64,000 nt of DNA, taken from positions 15,157 through 79,156 of the forward strand of contig JABJNO010000006.1 of the NCBI GenBank assembly GCA_018664825.1. Reading direction: 5' to 3'. The position numbers were made by a program, and so were the translations under genes. The notes under the pieces were generated by a model that did not search any database, was not told the DNA's origin, and saw only the letters and a program-made list of their open reading frames with translations. Source of the DNA: Candidatus Parcubacteria bacterium (GTDB taxonomy: Bacteria; Patescibacteriota; Patescibacteriia; UBA1558; GWA2-36-10). Positions 38,324-48,547 of the stretch are shown here, one piece after another (position 1 is the stretch's first letter; every line of letters begins with the position of its first letter).

Positions 38324-41260
38324 ATGCCTATCAATAAAGTCCAAAAACGTGGTGGACAAATCGAAAACTTTGATTTGGAAAAGCTAATCGCCTCATTCAA
38401 GCAGATACTAAAGAGTATAAACGCAAAAGACAATCCTGTTTCAGGAAAATTAGCCAAACAAACCATTGAATATATAGAAAACAACTACGACGGCGGAGAA
38501 TTTGTCACTACTGACGATATCCGTAGCGCCGTAAATATCGTTTTGTTGGAAAACGATATGCCAAAAGCTTCTATGGTCTACTTTAAGACTAGAGGCAAAA
38601 AAATACAGACTCAACAAACTATTTTCCCCGGCCTCACAAAGGTCCAAAAGCGCGACGGTACTGTCGTTGATTTTGATACTCACCGTATTTACAATGCTGT
38701 CTTAAAAGCTGGAGAAGCAAGTGGTGAACTCGACGAAGAACAAACAAAAATACTAGCCGACACAGCTATCTCCATCCTCGAGCACAAATATGACGAACAC
38801 AATATCCCGACAGTTGAAAATGTCCAAGATATTATCGAAATTTTGCTCATCCAAGGCAATTGGGCCAAAACCGCCAAGCACTTTATCCTCTACCGAGAAC
38901 AACGCAAAAAAATCAGACTAGAAAGAGGTAAACCAATCACTAGTGCTGAGGTCAAAAAACTAGAAGAACTAAGCATACCTCTTAGTAAACAAGCCAAACA
39001 TATATTAAACAATTCTACCAACTTTGATGAGCTTGGCAGAATCATATTTTTGGACAGATATAGCATCAAAGACAAAAGAGGTGATGTAGAAGAAGGTGAT
39101 CTAGTAATAGTAGTCACCAAAGAAGACAGAAAATATCCAAAAAAAGATCTTGGTATCATCAAAAAACTTCACGACAATGATAAGGCTACTCTACATATAC
39201 TGACTGGTGTCTACGCAGACGAAGCAAACAACTACGAATTCAAACAAGCTTTGACCAAGATAGACAAACCCCGTGAATCAATCGAAGATGCTCATCGTCG
39301 TATCGCCAAAGCAGTAGCTAGTGTCGAAGCTGATGAAAACCGTGAAAAATACTTTGAACTATTTTTTGAACAACTTCGTAAAAAACATATTCAACCTGGT
39401 GGACGTATCATGACCGGTGCCAATGTAGACAATCATGGCAACTATACTTCAAATTTGACTTTGTTTAACTGCTATGTCCTACCTAGTCCTCTAGATAGCA
39501 GGCAAGCCATAGTAAAAGACACCCTCCATCAAATGGTAGAGGTGATGTCTCGTGGTGGTGGAGTTGGAATGTCTCTTTCTGCTCTAAGGCCTCGATATGC
39601 CTATGTAAAAGGCGTACACGGCAAATCCTCTGGCTCTGTGTCATGGGCTGGGCTATTTTCCTATGCTACAGGCCTAATAGAGCAAGGCGGCTCACGTAGG
39701 GGCGCTCTGATGCTAATGCAATGGGACTGGCATCCAGATGTACTAGAGTTTATCTCTTCAAAATCAGTAGCCGGGCAAATAGAAAACGCCAATATTTCTG
39801 TGATGATTTCTGATGATTTTATGGAAGCTGTCAAAAATGACGGTGATTGGAACCTAGAATTCCCTGATTATGAAAATCCAGCTTACAAAGATATATATGA
39901 CAACACTTGGACTGGTGACTTGCATGCTTGGAAAGAAGCTGGCTACCCAGTCAAAATCTACAAAACACTCAAAGCTCGTGAAATTTGGAACAAAATCACA
40001 AAAAATGCCCACAGTAGTGCTGAGCCGGGTATAGTATTTATGGAAAGATACAACAAAACTTCAAATTCATACTATTTCAACAAAGTAATAGCTACCAACC
40101 CCTGTGGTGAACAAGGTTTGCCTGGTTGGGGAGTTTGCAACCTAGGGCATATATACTTGGCTTCATTTGCCAAAGAAGTAGACAACGACGATATCGGACC
40201 TATATATGAGATGGACTGGGCAGAGCTCAAAAAATCAGCTCGTATCTTGACCCGCTTCCTAGACAACGTCATCGACCTGACTCCATATCACTTCAAAGAA
40301 AACGAAGAAAATCAAAAAAACGAAAGAAGAATCGGTGGTGGTACTCTAGGACTTGGAGAACTCCTCATCAAGATGCGTTTGAGATATGGCTCTGATCAAA
40401 GCTTGGAATTTATCGACAAGATATACAAAACAATTACTACTCAGATGTATCATGAGTCTACCGAGCTAGCCGCCGAAAAAGGACCCTTTGCCAAATTCAA
40501 TACTGACAAATTTCTAGAATCTGGCTTTATGAAAACAATGCCAGTAGAAGTCCGCGATGCTGTCCGAGAAAACGGTATCCGCAACGTCACTCTGACTACC
40601 CAAGCTCCGACTGGTACAGTAGGATCTATGCTGGGTACTAGTACAGGAGTAGAGCCTTACTATGCTTTCAAATTTTTCCGCCAAAGTCGACTTGGCTTTC
40701 ACGAAGTATTTATTCCCCTGGCCGAACAGTATAGAGTCAACGGCAATCTACCAAAATTCTTTGCCTCTGCTATGGACCTCATCCCCCTAGAACATATCAA
40801 AGTCCAAGCAGCAGTCCAAAAATGGACAGACTCCTCTATTTCCAAGACAGCCAATGCTCCAGCAGACTTTACTGTCGAGCAGACAGCAGAGCTCTACGAG
40901 CAAGCCTATGAGCTAGGATGCAAAGGTGTGACTATCTACCGTGATTCTAGTCGTACCGAACAAGTACTGACAACAGACAAAGATACAGAAAAGAAAAATC
41001 TAGCCTACAACGGCGACAGCAAAAAAGAAAAAGAAGATACACCAAAACAAGAAACATTTGCTGAACCAGCCAAAGTAGAAATCACTGAAATGCAAAATCC
41101 TCTCAAACACGCTGAAAAGATAAAAGAAGAATCCAAGAAATATGGCACCGACGTCGGCCAAGTCTGCCCTCAATGTAAAGAAGGCGTAATGGTCAAACTG
41201 GGCGGCTGTACAGAATGTAGTAAACAGTGTGGAATGAAAGGCGCTTGTGATTTAAAATAA
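38324..41260 (+). CDS. nrdJ: Class II (AdoCbl-dependent) ribonucleotide reductase with two ATP cones and C-terminal Zn ribbon
   Basis: Two VQKR.G....FD ATP cones; TLFNCYV, GGGVG, QGGSRRGALM, TNPCGEQ, APTGT; CPQC..GGCTEC; no beta subunit adjacent. Confidence 0.9.
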   Translation: MPINKVQKRGGQIENFDLEKLIASFKQILKSINAKDNPVSGKLAKQTIEYIENNYDGGEFVTTDDIRSAVNIVLLENDMPKASMVYFKTRGKKIQTQQTIFPGLTKVQKRDGTVVDFDTHRIYNAVLKAGEASGELDEEQTKILADTAISILEHKYDEHNIPTVENVQDIIEILLIQGNWAKTAKHFILYREQRKKIRLERGKPITSAEVKKLEELSIPLSKQAKHILNNSTNFDELGRIIFLDRYSIKDKRGDVEEGDLVIVVTKEDRKYPKKDLGIIKKLHDNDKATLHILTGVYADEANNYEFKQALTKIDKPRESIEDAHRRIAKAVASVEADENREKYFELFFEQLRKKHIQPGGRIMTGANVDNHGNYTSNLTLFNCYVLPSPLDSRQAIVKDTLHQMVEVMSRGGGVGMSLSALRPRYAYVKGVHGKSSGSVSWAGLFSYATGLIEQGGSRRGALMLMQWDWHPDVLEFISSKSVAGQIENANISVMISDDFMEAVKNDGDWNLEFPDYENPAYKDIYDNTWTGDLHAWKEAGYPVKIYKTLKAREIWNKITKNAHSSAEPGIVFMERYNKTSNSYYFNKVIATNPCGEQGLPGWGVCNLGHIYLASFAKEVDNDDIGPIYEMDWAELKKSARILTRFLDNVIDLTPYHFKENEENQKNERRIGGGTLGLGELLIKMRLRYGSDQSLEFIDKIYKTITTQMYHESTELAAEKGPFAKFNTDKFLESGFMKTMPVEVRDAVRENGIRNVTLTTQAPTGTVGSMLGTSTGVEPYYAFKFFRQSRLGFHEVFIPLAEQYRVNGNLPKFFASAMDLIPLEHIKVQAAVQKWTDSSISKTANAPADFTVEQTAELYEQAYELGCKGVTIYRDSSRTEQVLTTDKDTEKKNLAYNGDSKKEKEDTPKQETFAEPAKVEITEMQNPLKHAEKIKEESKKYGTDVGQVCPQCKEGVMVKLGGCTECSKQCGMKGACDLK

Positions 41261-41269
41261 AGTTTATTT

Positions 41270-41296
41270 AAAACTCCACGAAAGTGGGGTTTTTTT
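41270..41296 (+). terminator. Rho-independent terminator
   Basis: actccac-gaaa-gtggggt then T-tract. Confidence 0.8.
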
Positions 41297-41356
41297 ATTG
41301 GACAAGTAATAAGAGTGCTGATAAGATTTAAATATACTTACTAATTAAATTACATT

Positions 41357-41974
41357 ATGGAAATTTTAAACAACCCCTGGATAATAACTATTGGAAGTGG
41401 CATAATTGTCGCTATATTTTCTTTTTTTATCCTAAGAAAAAAATCTGAGCCTATGCCTGCTAAAAAATTAACACAGGCAGGAAAACACAATCAATCTATT
41501 AATATTGATATAAAAGATGGGGACAACAAAATAAGTATCAACGAACGAGATAAAAATAGGAAAAAACATGACAACCAAATGGATATAGATAATCTAAAAA
41601 AAATAACAAACATACTATTTGTTGATGATGATCCCAATTACATGATTGTCAAAATATTAAAAAAGCAAGGCTGGATAAATACAAAAATTGTTACTGATAT
41701 CATTGATCCGGATAAATTTAATGACGTACATGTATTTTTTGTTGATATAAATGGGGTCGGTAAAAAAATGCACCTCAAAGATGAAGGCATGGGTTTAGCC
41801 TTGCTCTTAAAAGATAAGTTTGTAGATAAAAAGGTTATTTTATACTCTTCTGACACAAATAGAGATATGGCCCATCCAGTCTTCAAAAAAATAGATGGAA
41901 TTTTACCTGCAGATGCTCAAATTTATCAATTTACAAATATACTTGAACAATTTGCAAAAGAGATAAAAATTTAA
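41357..41974 (+). CDS. Receiver-domain protein with N-terminal TM anchor
   Basis: TM residues 8-26; ILFVDDD, VFFVDING, EGMGLA, VILYSS. Confidence 0.7.
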   Translation: MEILNNPWIITIGSGIIVAIFSFFILRKKSEPMPAKKLTQAGKHNQSINIDIKDGDNKISINERDKNRKKHDNQMDIDNLKKITNILFVDDDPNYMIVKILKKQGWINTKIVTDIIDPDKFNDVHVFFVDINGVGKKMHLKDEGMGLALLLKDKFVDKKVILYSSDTNRDMAHPVFKKIDGILPADAQIYQFTNILEQFAKEIKI

Positions 41975-41976
41975 AA

Positions 41977-42996
41977 ATGTTTTACTATCATCTACTCGAC
42001 AATAACAATGAACTAGTTTTATCTAATCTTCCTCCAGAATTAAAAAAATACTTTACAAAATGTAAAGATAAGAATAAGCTATCACGTTTTAATGGGCAAA
42101 AATGCAGAGAGGGTAAATTAGCTGATGGTACTATTGGAACTGCATATATACTCACAACAGATACTAATGAGGTTAATAGTTCAAAAATCTTCCAAGACAA
42201 ACTAGCATTATATTTAAAATTTATTCAAGAAATAATAAATATAAAAAATGATACTGTAAACAAAATATTACATGAAATAACCAAAATTAACGGCCATTGT
42301 TTACTGGAATTATTTGATATAATACCAAATGATATAAGTAAAACTAAAACTTATAAAAAACAAATTTTAAAAGTAGAAAAACAAATTATAGCCAAAACCA
42401 AGGATACAGCAAAAAGCTTATTTAGCCTACACAGAAAAATATTACACATAAAGACCACTTGCTCTAATTTAAAACTTTTATTTAGCAAAAAAATAACCGT
42501 AGATAAAGAAAGGCACGATATAGCAAACGCAATTAAACCTAGTTTACATGTTTATATTCCACACTTACAAGAAAAAGGTGTACACATAAATGTAAAAGAA
42601 AAAAATACAAAGAATATAAACATGAATTTTGAGTACTTCGAAGCTGCCATGGTACCTCTTTTAGATAATACACTTAAATATATCTTGCATGACTCTACTC
42701 TTCATATTTATTTTAAAAACTCCGAAGAGGGTTTCATAATAAACTTTGATATGATAAGCATGGCCATAACAAAAGAGGAAGAAGAAGATATTATGAAATA
42801 TGGGTTTTCTGGAATAAACGCAAAAAAGAATCAAAAAAATGGTAAAGGCATTGGAATGACTACTATAAAAGATTCATTAAAGGTTAATAATGCTAAAATA
42901 AAGTTTGAAAATAATGTTAATGGAAGAAGAGAAAAAAGATATAAAAACACCACCTATGAAAGGAATATATTTAAAATAATTTTTCTGGATCAGTAA
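41977..42996 (+). CDS. Soluble atypical histidine kinase / HATPase
   Basis: ILHEITK (possible H-box), LLDNTLKY, YGFSG, GKGIGM. Confidence 0.7.
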   Translation: MFYYHLLDNNNELVLSNLPPELKKYFTKCKDKNKLSRFNGQKCREGKLADGTIGTAYILTTDTNEVNSSKIFQDKLALYLKFIQEIINIKNDTVNKILHEITKINGHCLLELFDIIPNDISKTKTYKKQILKVEKQIIAKTKDTAKSLFSLHRKILHIKTTCSNLKLLFSKKITVDKERHDIANAIKPSLHVYIPHLQEKGVHINVKEKNTKNINMNFEYFEAAMVPLLDNTLKYILHDSTLHIYFKNSEEGFIINFDMISMAITKEEEEDIMKYGFSGINAKKNQKNGKGIGMTTIKDSLKVNNAKIKFENNVNGRREKRYKNTTYERNIFKIIFLDQ

Positions 42997-43052
42997 TTTT
43001 TTATTAAAATCCGAGCTTATAAAGTTTGAATAAAATTTTACAGCAAAATGAA

Positions 43053-43208
43053 ATGTCCTCCGCCAAAAGCGGAGGAATTTTTATTTGTTTGAGGACGTAG
43101 GACGAGTTATAAAAATTAATGGAGTTTTGCTGATACAAATTTATGAAAAGTTTATCTAGCGAGCCGCTTTTTTCTGCTACTTTTTTGGCGGGCAAAAAAG
43201 TGGCGAAA
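43053..43208. repeat. Palindromic intergenic element (MITE/REP-like)
   Basis: tcctccgc-caaaa-gcggagga and gctacttttttg-gcggg-caaaaaagtggc inverted repeats in a non-coding gap. Confidence 0.45.
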
Positions 43209-43290
43209 GAAACAAAAAAAAGTACAAGAAGAAAAGCTAGCTAAAGAAAAAAAATAATGATAATATAAAAGCATAAATTAAATTAAAACT

Positions 43291-44028
43291 ATGAAACTAT
43301 TTAAAAACCAAAAAGGATTTAATGACGTAATCACCCTCGCCATTATAGGTGGTATAATTGGCGCCTTATTTATAACAGGCACTTATATATGGCAAGAGAT
43401 GAAGCAGGGCGACAATTTTATAGTCTACAAAATAAACAAAGACTCCGAACCAGTTGAAAAAAAACTAGGAGATTTTATAGAATTTAGCATCCTGGATCTA
43501 GATGTAGAGGCTACCAAAAAATACATCCAAGAAAATAAAACATACAGCCAAACTTATAATATAAATAATGTAAGAAAAGTCATCCATAAAGACTTGGATG
43601 GAGATAGCATAAATGAAGCTATAGTTGAGTTTGACACTGACCCTTATAAGACAAGGGATCTATTGGAGCAACTTAGTAGAAAAATAATCAGACCCGCACA
43701 TGCAGGTGGCTGGCCTACAGCAAGTATCTTTGGAGTATTCAAATATAATACAACAGATAAAATATGGCGCCCAATATACATGGACTATGTTGCTATTGGT
43801 GTTTGGGGTTGTGCGGATGAAGTAGAAGATTGCTATGATGATATAAAAGGAAATAAAATTCCCGAAATAGTAAGAATAGAAATATTAAACAAACAATACG
43901 GAGTGACTCCTGAAAAACCACTAAAGACTGATATCCTGATTGAGAAACAATCTTGTAGCGGAACCACACCCTGCAAATACATACTACATTTTGAAAATTT
44001 AGAATTTACAAAAGAAGAAATAGAATAA
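43291..44028 (+). CDS. Membrane-anchored protein with prepilin-like N-terminus
   Basis: KNQKG|FNDVITLAIIGGIIGALFITG; DLDGDSINE motif. Confidence 0.6.
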   Translation: MKLFKNQKGFNDVITLAIIGGIIGALFITGTYIWQEMKQGDNFIVYKINKDSEPVEKKLGDFIEFSILDLDVEATKKYIQENKTYSQTYNINNVRKVIHKDLDGDSINEAIVEFDTDPYKTRDLLEQLSRKIIRPAHAGGWPTASIFGVFKYNTTDKIWRPIYMDYVAIGVWGCADEVEDCYDDIKGNKIPEIVRIEILNKQYGVTPEKPLKTDILIEKQSCSGTTPCKYILHFENLEFTKEEIE

Positions 44029-44101
44029 AATAATACAATAACCAAAATAGACAAATAAACCCAAAAAAGCTAAAATAGACACATAAAATTAATTTAAAAC
44101 T

Positions 44102-44824
44102 ATGGCTGAAAAAACAAACAAATTTAAAGACTGCTCTTTCTGTTCTGAAAAGATCCTAGAAAGTGCAACAAAGTGTAAACATTGCGGAGAATGGCTAAAT
44201 AATACAGTGCCCCGTCCAGGTGTGACAATGCATGTCAGTGATAAAAACAAGAAAATCGGAATATTTTGGCTAGTCGCTCCCACCCTATCCATGGTAATGG
44301 TTTTGATGTTGTATGCTATTGCTAAATTTGCCTTTGGAGTAAATAACCCAGAAGAAATGACAACAACAATGGGAATAATCAATGTTGTCCTAGGATTCAT
44401 GGGTATAATATCTACCTTTGGAATACTCGCCGGAATACCAATAGGCATTGTCTTCCTAACCAAAAAAACTCCCGTAGACCCGAATATAAAATTTGACTCT
44501 CGTAGTGGTAAAGGTGATCTGTCAGAAATACCAGCCGAAATTCATGGCTGGAGCTGGGGAGCCGCAGGACTTACTTGGCTTTGGGGAATTAGCAATGGTG
44601 TCTGGCTTTCTCTTTTGATGTTTATCCCTTATTTTGGATTGATCTGGTGGATTGTCTTGGGTATAAAAGGAAACGAGTGGGCCTGGAAAGCAAGGCCATG
44701 GACAAGTACCGCTGAATTTATTGCCCATCAAAACAAATGGAAAATATGGGGAATTATAGTTTTCTTTTTACCATTACTGATGCTACTTATAAATATTCTC
44801 GTAGTAATAGCCGCTTTTTCATAA
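44102..44824 (+). CDS. Zinc-ribbon membrane protein
   Basis: CSFCSEKILESATKCKHCGE; GWSWGAA..WGISNGVW..KGNEWAW motif, several TMs. Confidence 0.75.
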   Translation: MAEKTNKFKDCSFCSEKILESATKCKHCGEWLNNTVPRPGVTMHVSDKNKKIGIFWLVAPTLSMVMVLMLYAIAKFAFGVNNPEEMTTTMGIINVVLGFMGIISTFGILAGIPIGIVFLTKKTPVDPNIKFDSRSGKGDLSEIPAEIHGWSWGAAGLTWLWGISNGVWLSLLMFIPYFGLIWWIVLGIKGNEWAWKARPWTSTAEFIAHQNKWKIWGIIVFFLPLLMLLINILVVIAAFS

Positions 44825-44841
44825 AAAATCAATTTAAAATA

Positions 44842-44874
44842 AAAACCCCCTATTTTCATAGGGGGTTATTTTTT
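44842..44874. terminator. Bidirectional terminator
   Basis: aaccccctat..atagggggtt flanked by A/T runs. Confidence 0.8.
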
Positions 44875-45149
44875 TATACTTTTTTCAAAGTTTCGAGAAT
44901 ACGCTGAGGGACAAAACAGATTTCGTCGGCTTGGCTACGCACCCAAAGCACGGGGTCGCTGTGATTTACACAATCACATCGCATACCTTCGGGTATAGGC
45001 GCTGCTCCCAGCACAGTAGCTGGCTTGTCCATGTGCTCCTCAGGAGCAATCTGATCGCCGGCTTCAAAGCCAAACTGACTACAAGCCTCAGTATCGACCT
45101 CGATTGTTCCCCCGCCATCTTGCAGGGTGATTGTTTGCATCTTCGGCAT
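44874..45149 (-). CDS. Hypothetical protein (SD-led orphan operon, gene 3)
   Basis: 91 aa, GGAGG RBS. Confidence 0.65.
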   Translation of the reverse strand: MPKMQTITLQDGGGTIEVDTEACSQFGFEAGDQIAPEEHMDKPATVLGAAPIPEGMRCDCVNHSDPVLWVRSQADEICFVPQRILETLKKV

Positions 45150-45172
45150 TACAAAACCTCCGTTTGTTTTGG

Positions 45173-45361
45173 TTACTTCTTTTTGGGTGGATAAACCGCG
45201 TTGTAACTTTTACGACCATTCTCATAAAAAACACCACGCCTCGCAATCAACAAAGCACCTTGAGCCTCTGGATTGAGATGCTCAAAAGCCACTTGGCTAG
45301 TTGGAATGTCCTTGTGCTGAGGACGCAGATCTTCTCGGTCAAACTCTACCTTCATAATCAA
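45173..45361 (-). CDS. Hypothetical protein (gene 2)
   Basis: 62 aa, overlaps upstream stop; GAGG RBS. Confidence 0.55.
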   Translation of the reverse strand: MIMKVEFDREDLRPQHKDIPTSQVAFEHLNPEAQGALLIARRGVFYENGRKSYNAVYPPKKK

Positions 45362-45543
45362 GCCTCTTCCTTTGGGTAGCTCTCAAGAATCCTCGCCCAG
45401 CCCCAATGGCTAGGATTTTCTAAAACAATATCCTCAATAGTCTCTCTTAGGGTGGGTGGTTCCTCTTTGAGATCGATGGTAAATCCAAGGGCAAACAAGC
45501 AAAGCAAGGCAACCCAGGAAATGACGAATCTCTTTGAACTCAT
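45358..45543 (-). CDS. Small membrane protein (gene 1)
   Basis: MSSKRFVISWVALLCLFALGF..; AAGGAG RBS, TTGACA at 45604-45609. Confidence 0.6.
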   Translation of the reverse strand: MSSKRFVISWVALLCLFALGFTIDLKEEPPTLRETIEDIVLENPSHWGWARILESYPKEEA

Positions 45544-45732
45544 ATTATTCTCCTTGTTAGGGTACAAAAAACTACATTAGACAATACAATATTTCATGTA
45601 TTTTGTCAATATATAGCCTAAAAAAGCCTTTCTTTTGTAAAAAACAAGAAAAAACTTGATAAAAGGTTAAATCTATTATAATCTACCCTTAGTCCTTTAA
45701 AACTCATAGGAAAATAAACAAAGGAGATAAAG

Positions 45733-45894
45733 ATGGGCAATAAAGGAGCCTCCCCCGAATTTGTAAGGCAAGCCCGCGAAATCTCTGACCGCGCCAACAT
45801 GCGTCAAGCTGGCTATGGCCCTGGCGGACCTTCTCCTAGGCCTCCAATCCAAAGATCGCTCTGGCGTAAATTTCTCGACAGACTCTTTTCCTAA
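45733..45894 (+). CDS. Small protein, 53 aa, C-terminal amphipathic helix (not in ORF track)
   Basis: AAGGAG RBS; MGNKGASPEF...SLWRKFLDRLFS; terminator 45903-45932 follows. Confidence 0.65.
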   Translation: MGNKGASPEFVRQAREISDRANMRQAGYGPGGPSPRPPIQRSLWRKFLDRLFS

Positions 45895-45984
45895 ACACAC
45901 CCAAAGAGGGAACTACGGTTCCCTCTTTTTTATTACCCTCAAAAATGCTAAAATAAGTACGTAAATAAAATAAAAACACTCAAA

Positions 45985-47643
45985 ATGCCAAAACAAAAAA
46001 TAAAATTCTTGTTTTTGATAATTACTGGGTATTTTTTTATTTTTGCCAAGCCAGCCAAGGCTGTCATACCGCCTGATTTTATATTTAGCATTACTGCCCA
46101 AATAGTCCAATTTTTTTCAATCATAATGATATTTTTGGCTACTATTTTAGGAACTTTGGTTCAATTTTTTAAAACGAAATACTACACTATCAGACACAAA
46201 AAAACTATCCTGACCTTGATAATAATCGGTATTGTCTTGGTCTCTTTTGTTTCTTCCTACTTTTATGCTACCCACAAACAAGAAGTCGAATATCAAAAAT
46301 GGCTAAACGAAAGTGAAAAATACAATATAGTAGAAATGGAGAACGAAGACATGGACTCTGATGGTGATGGACTGACAGATCTAGAAGAAGTCACCTACGG
46401 CACAAATCCTCACAACGCAGACACTGACGGAGACTCCTACTCAGACGGAGAAGAAGTCGCCAATGGCTATGATCCCCTGGGAAGTGGCAAGACCAAAGAA
46501 AATATAGAAAAAGGAGATGCAAACGATCAGCTAGCAATCGGTGCTCAAGCAAATGAAAATATCGATACTTCCGACAATACATTTGTATCCAATGTAGAGA
46601 TCACTGATGCTTCTACTAGTTTTATAAATGAGTATTATAGCAACATGGCCAACAGCAAACTAACCGAGGCCTATGAAATGTCAAAAAAATCTGTCAGCTA
46701 CTCAACATTTGAAAGCTGGTATCTAGAAACTACCAAAATTACTATTGATAAACTCATCAGAATAGACGAAACAAAATCATCCATAGAGCTCACTTTGTTT
46801 GAAGGAGAAAAATTTACTAGATATGGTGTCTTGATGGCTTTGGAGTTGAGAAATGAAATCCCACAAAGAGTAGCTAGCTCCAATGTAAAAATACTAGCCG
46901 AAGGAACTATCCAAAATCAAATTGTATCTATAGACGAACAAAAACTTTCTGATGAATATGCTTTTTTTGATGAACATAAAAACAAAAATCTCCTCTTCGG
47001 CAACCAAGAGCTACAAGACTTGATATCTAGTAGCGCCCAAGACTATATCATCTTGGATGCCAGAGAAGATATCGAATATGAAAATGGATATTTTCCTGCT
47101 AGTGAACATATACGCTTTGCAGATCTCAAGGCCGGACAATGGATAGAAATACCAGATGATAAATTTGTCTATGTCCTCTGCTGGTCAGGTATCCGTGGCA
47201 AAGAAGTAGCCGAATTTTTGAGAACCAAAAAAATAGTTGCCTCATACCTAGAAGAAGGAGCCAATGGCTGGGTAGAATTTGGTGGACACTGGATAGGTAG
47301 TATAAAATTTGGAGCACAATACAACGAATCAAGATATCAAATAGTATTTGATACTGATGATGTCAGACAAAAAGTACGAGATGGTGCCTTTTTGGTAGAT
47401 ACTAGAGAGCCCTACAAATTTAAACAAACCCACATAACAGGCAGTGTAAATATACCTATCATGTACACTCCTACTGTAAATATCGAAAATGTTTTTGCCC
47501 AAGTGCCAGCCAACAGCCAAATAATCACTGTCTGCGATGGTTATGTAAATTGTTTTGATGCAAAAATAACTGGCGTAGAACTAGAAAGACGTGGACATCA
47601 GTTTTTGGGAAGATACAATAAACCCTGGGAATATGAAAATTAA
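45985..47643 (+). CDS. Membrane protein with DTDGD repeats and two rhodanese domains
   Basis: Signal/TMs; DSDGDGLTD..GYDPLG; ILDARE..EY..CWSGIRG; LVDTREPY..HITGSVNIP..CDGYVNC. Confidence 0.75.
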   Translation: MPKQKIKFLFLIITGYFFIFAKPAKAVIPPDFIFSITAQIVQFFSIIMIFLATILGTLVQFFKTKYYTIRHKKTILTLIIIGIVLVSFVSSYFYATHKQEVEYQKWLNESEKYNIVEMENEDMDSDGDGLTDLEEVTYGTNPHNADTDGDSYSDGEEVANGYDPLGSGKTKENIEKGDANDQLAIGAQANENIDTSDNTFVSNVEITDASTSFINEYYSNMANSKLTEAYEMSKKSVSYSTFESWYLETTKITIDKLIRIDETKSSIELTLFEGEKFTRYGVLMALELRNEIPQRVASSNVKILAEGTIQNQIVSIDEQKLSDEYAFFDEHKNKNLLFGNQELQDLISSSAQDYIILDAREDIEYENGYFPASEHIRFADLKAGQWIEIPDDKFVYVLCWSGIRGKEVAEFLRTKKIVASYLEEGANGWVEFGGHWIGSIKFGAQYNESRYQIVFDTDDVRQKVRDGAFLVDTREPYKFKQTHITGSVNIPIMYTPTVNIENVFAQVPANSQIITVCDGYVNCFDAKITGVELERRGHQFLGRYNKPWEYEN

Positions 47644-48547
47644 AACTTCAAAAGTCATAATACTTTGGTTACTGGTCGTTATTTTGTCCATTGCTGTACC
47701 TCTTAGCTATTTGTTGTTCAACAAATCACTATACTTTTCTGATAGAATAATTGTATTGTTCAATGACGAAAACAATGCCAATCATGCCTTGATAGTTGAG
47801 CTAGTTAGTTATGAGATGGCGCCTTATTATTATCATCATACTTATTTTGCAATTTTGCTGGATGAGAAAAAAAATAGCCATACCAAGTCACACGAGTTCA
47901 ATTCTTTCAACGGTGATTTTCAAGCCAAAGATTTTATAAAAAATATCAAAAAAGAAAACAACGAAAATATCCTAGACGAAGACTATCTTATCAGCTTACA
48001 AATCAATAACAAAAATATCGAAATTGATTTGACTGACTTACGTGGAGATTTTTTGATAAACAACTCTTTGGACAGATTTACTTATATGAATCTAGGCAAT
48101 ACCGAGATAAAAATAAACGGACAAGGGCAACAAGCCGACTTTGCAATGAATAGGACATCATCCATAAACCACGGCAAGCTGATGTTGTCTCAAAATGTCA
48201 GAGCAAAAGGTCAGGCTGTATTTTTGGCAGACAAAGATGGCGCTTTGTACTACACCGACATAACCAATGTCCCCGAAAATAGCACAAACTATATGTCCCA
48301 TGCTTGGTCTATAAACAAACACGACAATGTATTGCGCAAAGATGTCAGCGAACGAATAAATATAACCGACATAGACCAAGAAAGTTATATTTTGGATTTG
48401 CCACACTTTGATAACGCTTATATAAAAATAAACAAGACATTTATCTATCCTGGTATAATAGACTACGCCCTACTCCGAGGCGAGCTGATAGATAATCATG
48501 GTGAAAAAATAATACGTGGTTTTAGTATGCAATATGACTACCGATAA
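47633..48547 (+). CDS. Hypothetical membrane-anchored protein
   Basis: N-terminal TM; overlaps both neighbours (operon). Confidence 0.65.
   Translation: MKIKTSKVIILWLLVVILSIAVPLSYLLFNKSLYFSDRIIVLFNDENNANHALIVELVSYEMAPYYYHHTYFAILLDEKKNSHTKSHEFNSFNGDFQAKDFIKNIKKENNENILDEDYLISLQINNKNIEIDLTDLRGDFLINNSLDRFTYMNLGNTEIKINGQGQQADFAMNRTSSINHGKLMLSQNVRAKGQAVFLADKDGALYYTDITNVPENSTNYMSHAWSINKHDNVLRKDVSERINITDIDQESYILDLPHFDNAYIKINKTFIYPGIIDYALLRGELIDNHGEKIIRGFSMQYDYR

Noticed and set aside
39060-39290. Possible intein in nrdJ
   Set aside because: Short insert with no C/S start, HN end or LAGLIDADG motif
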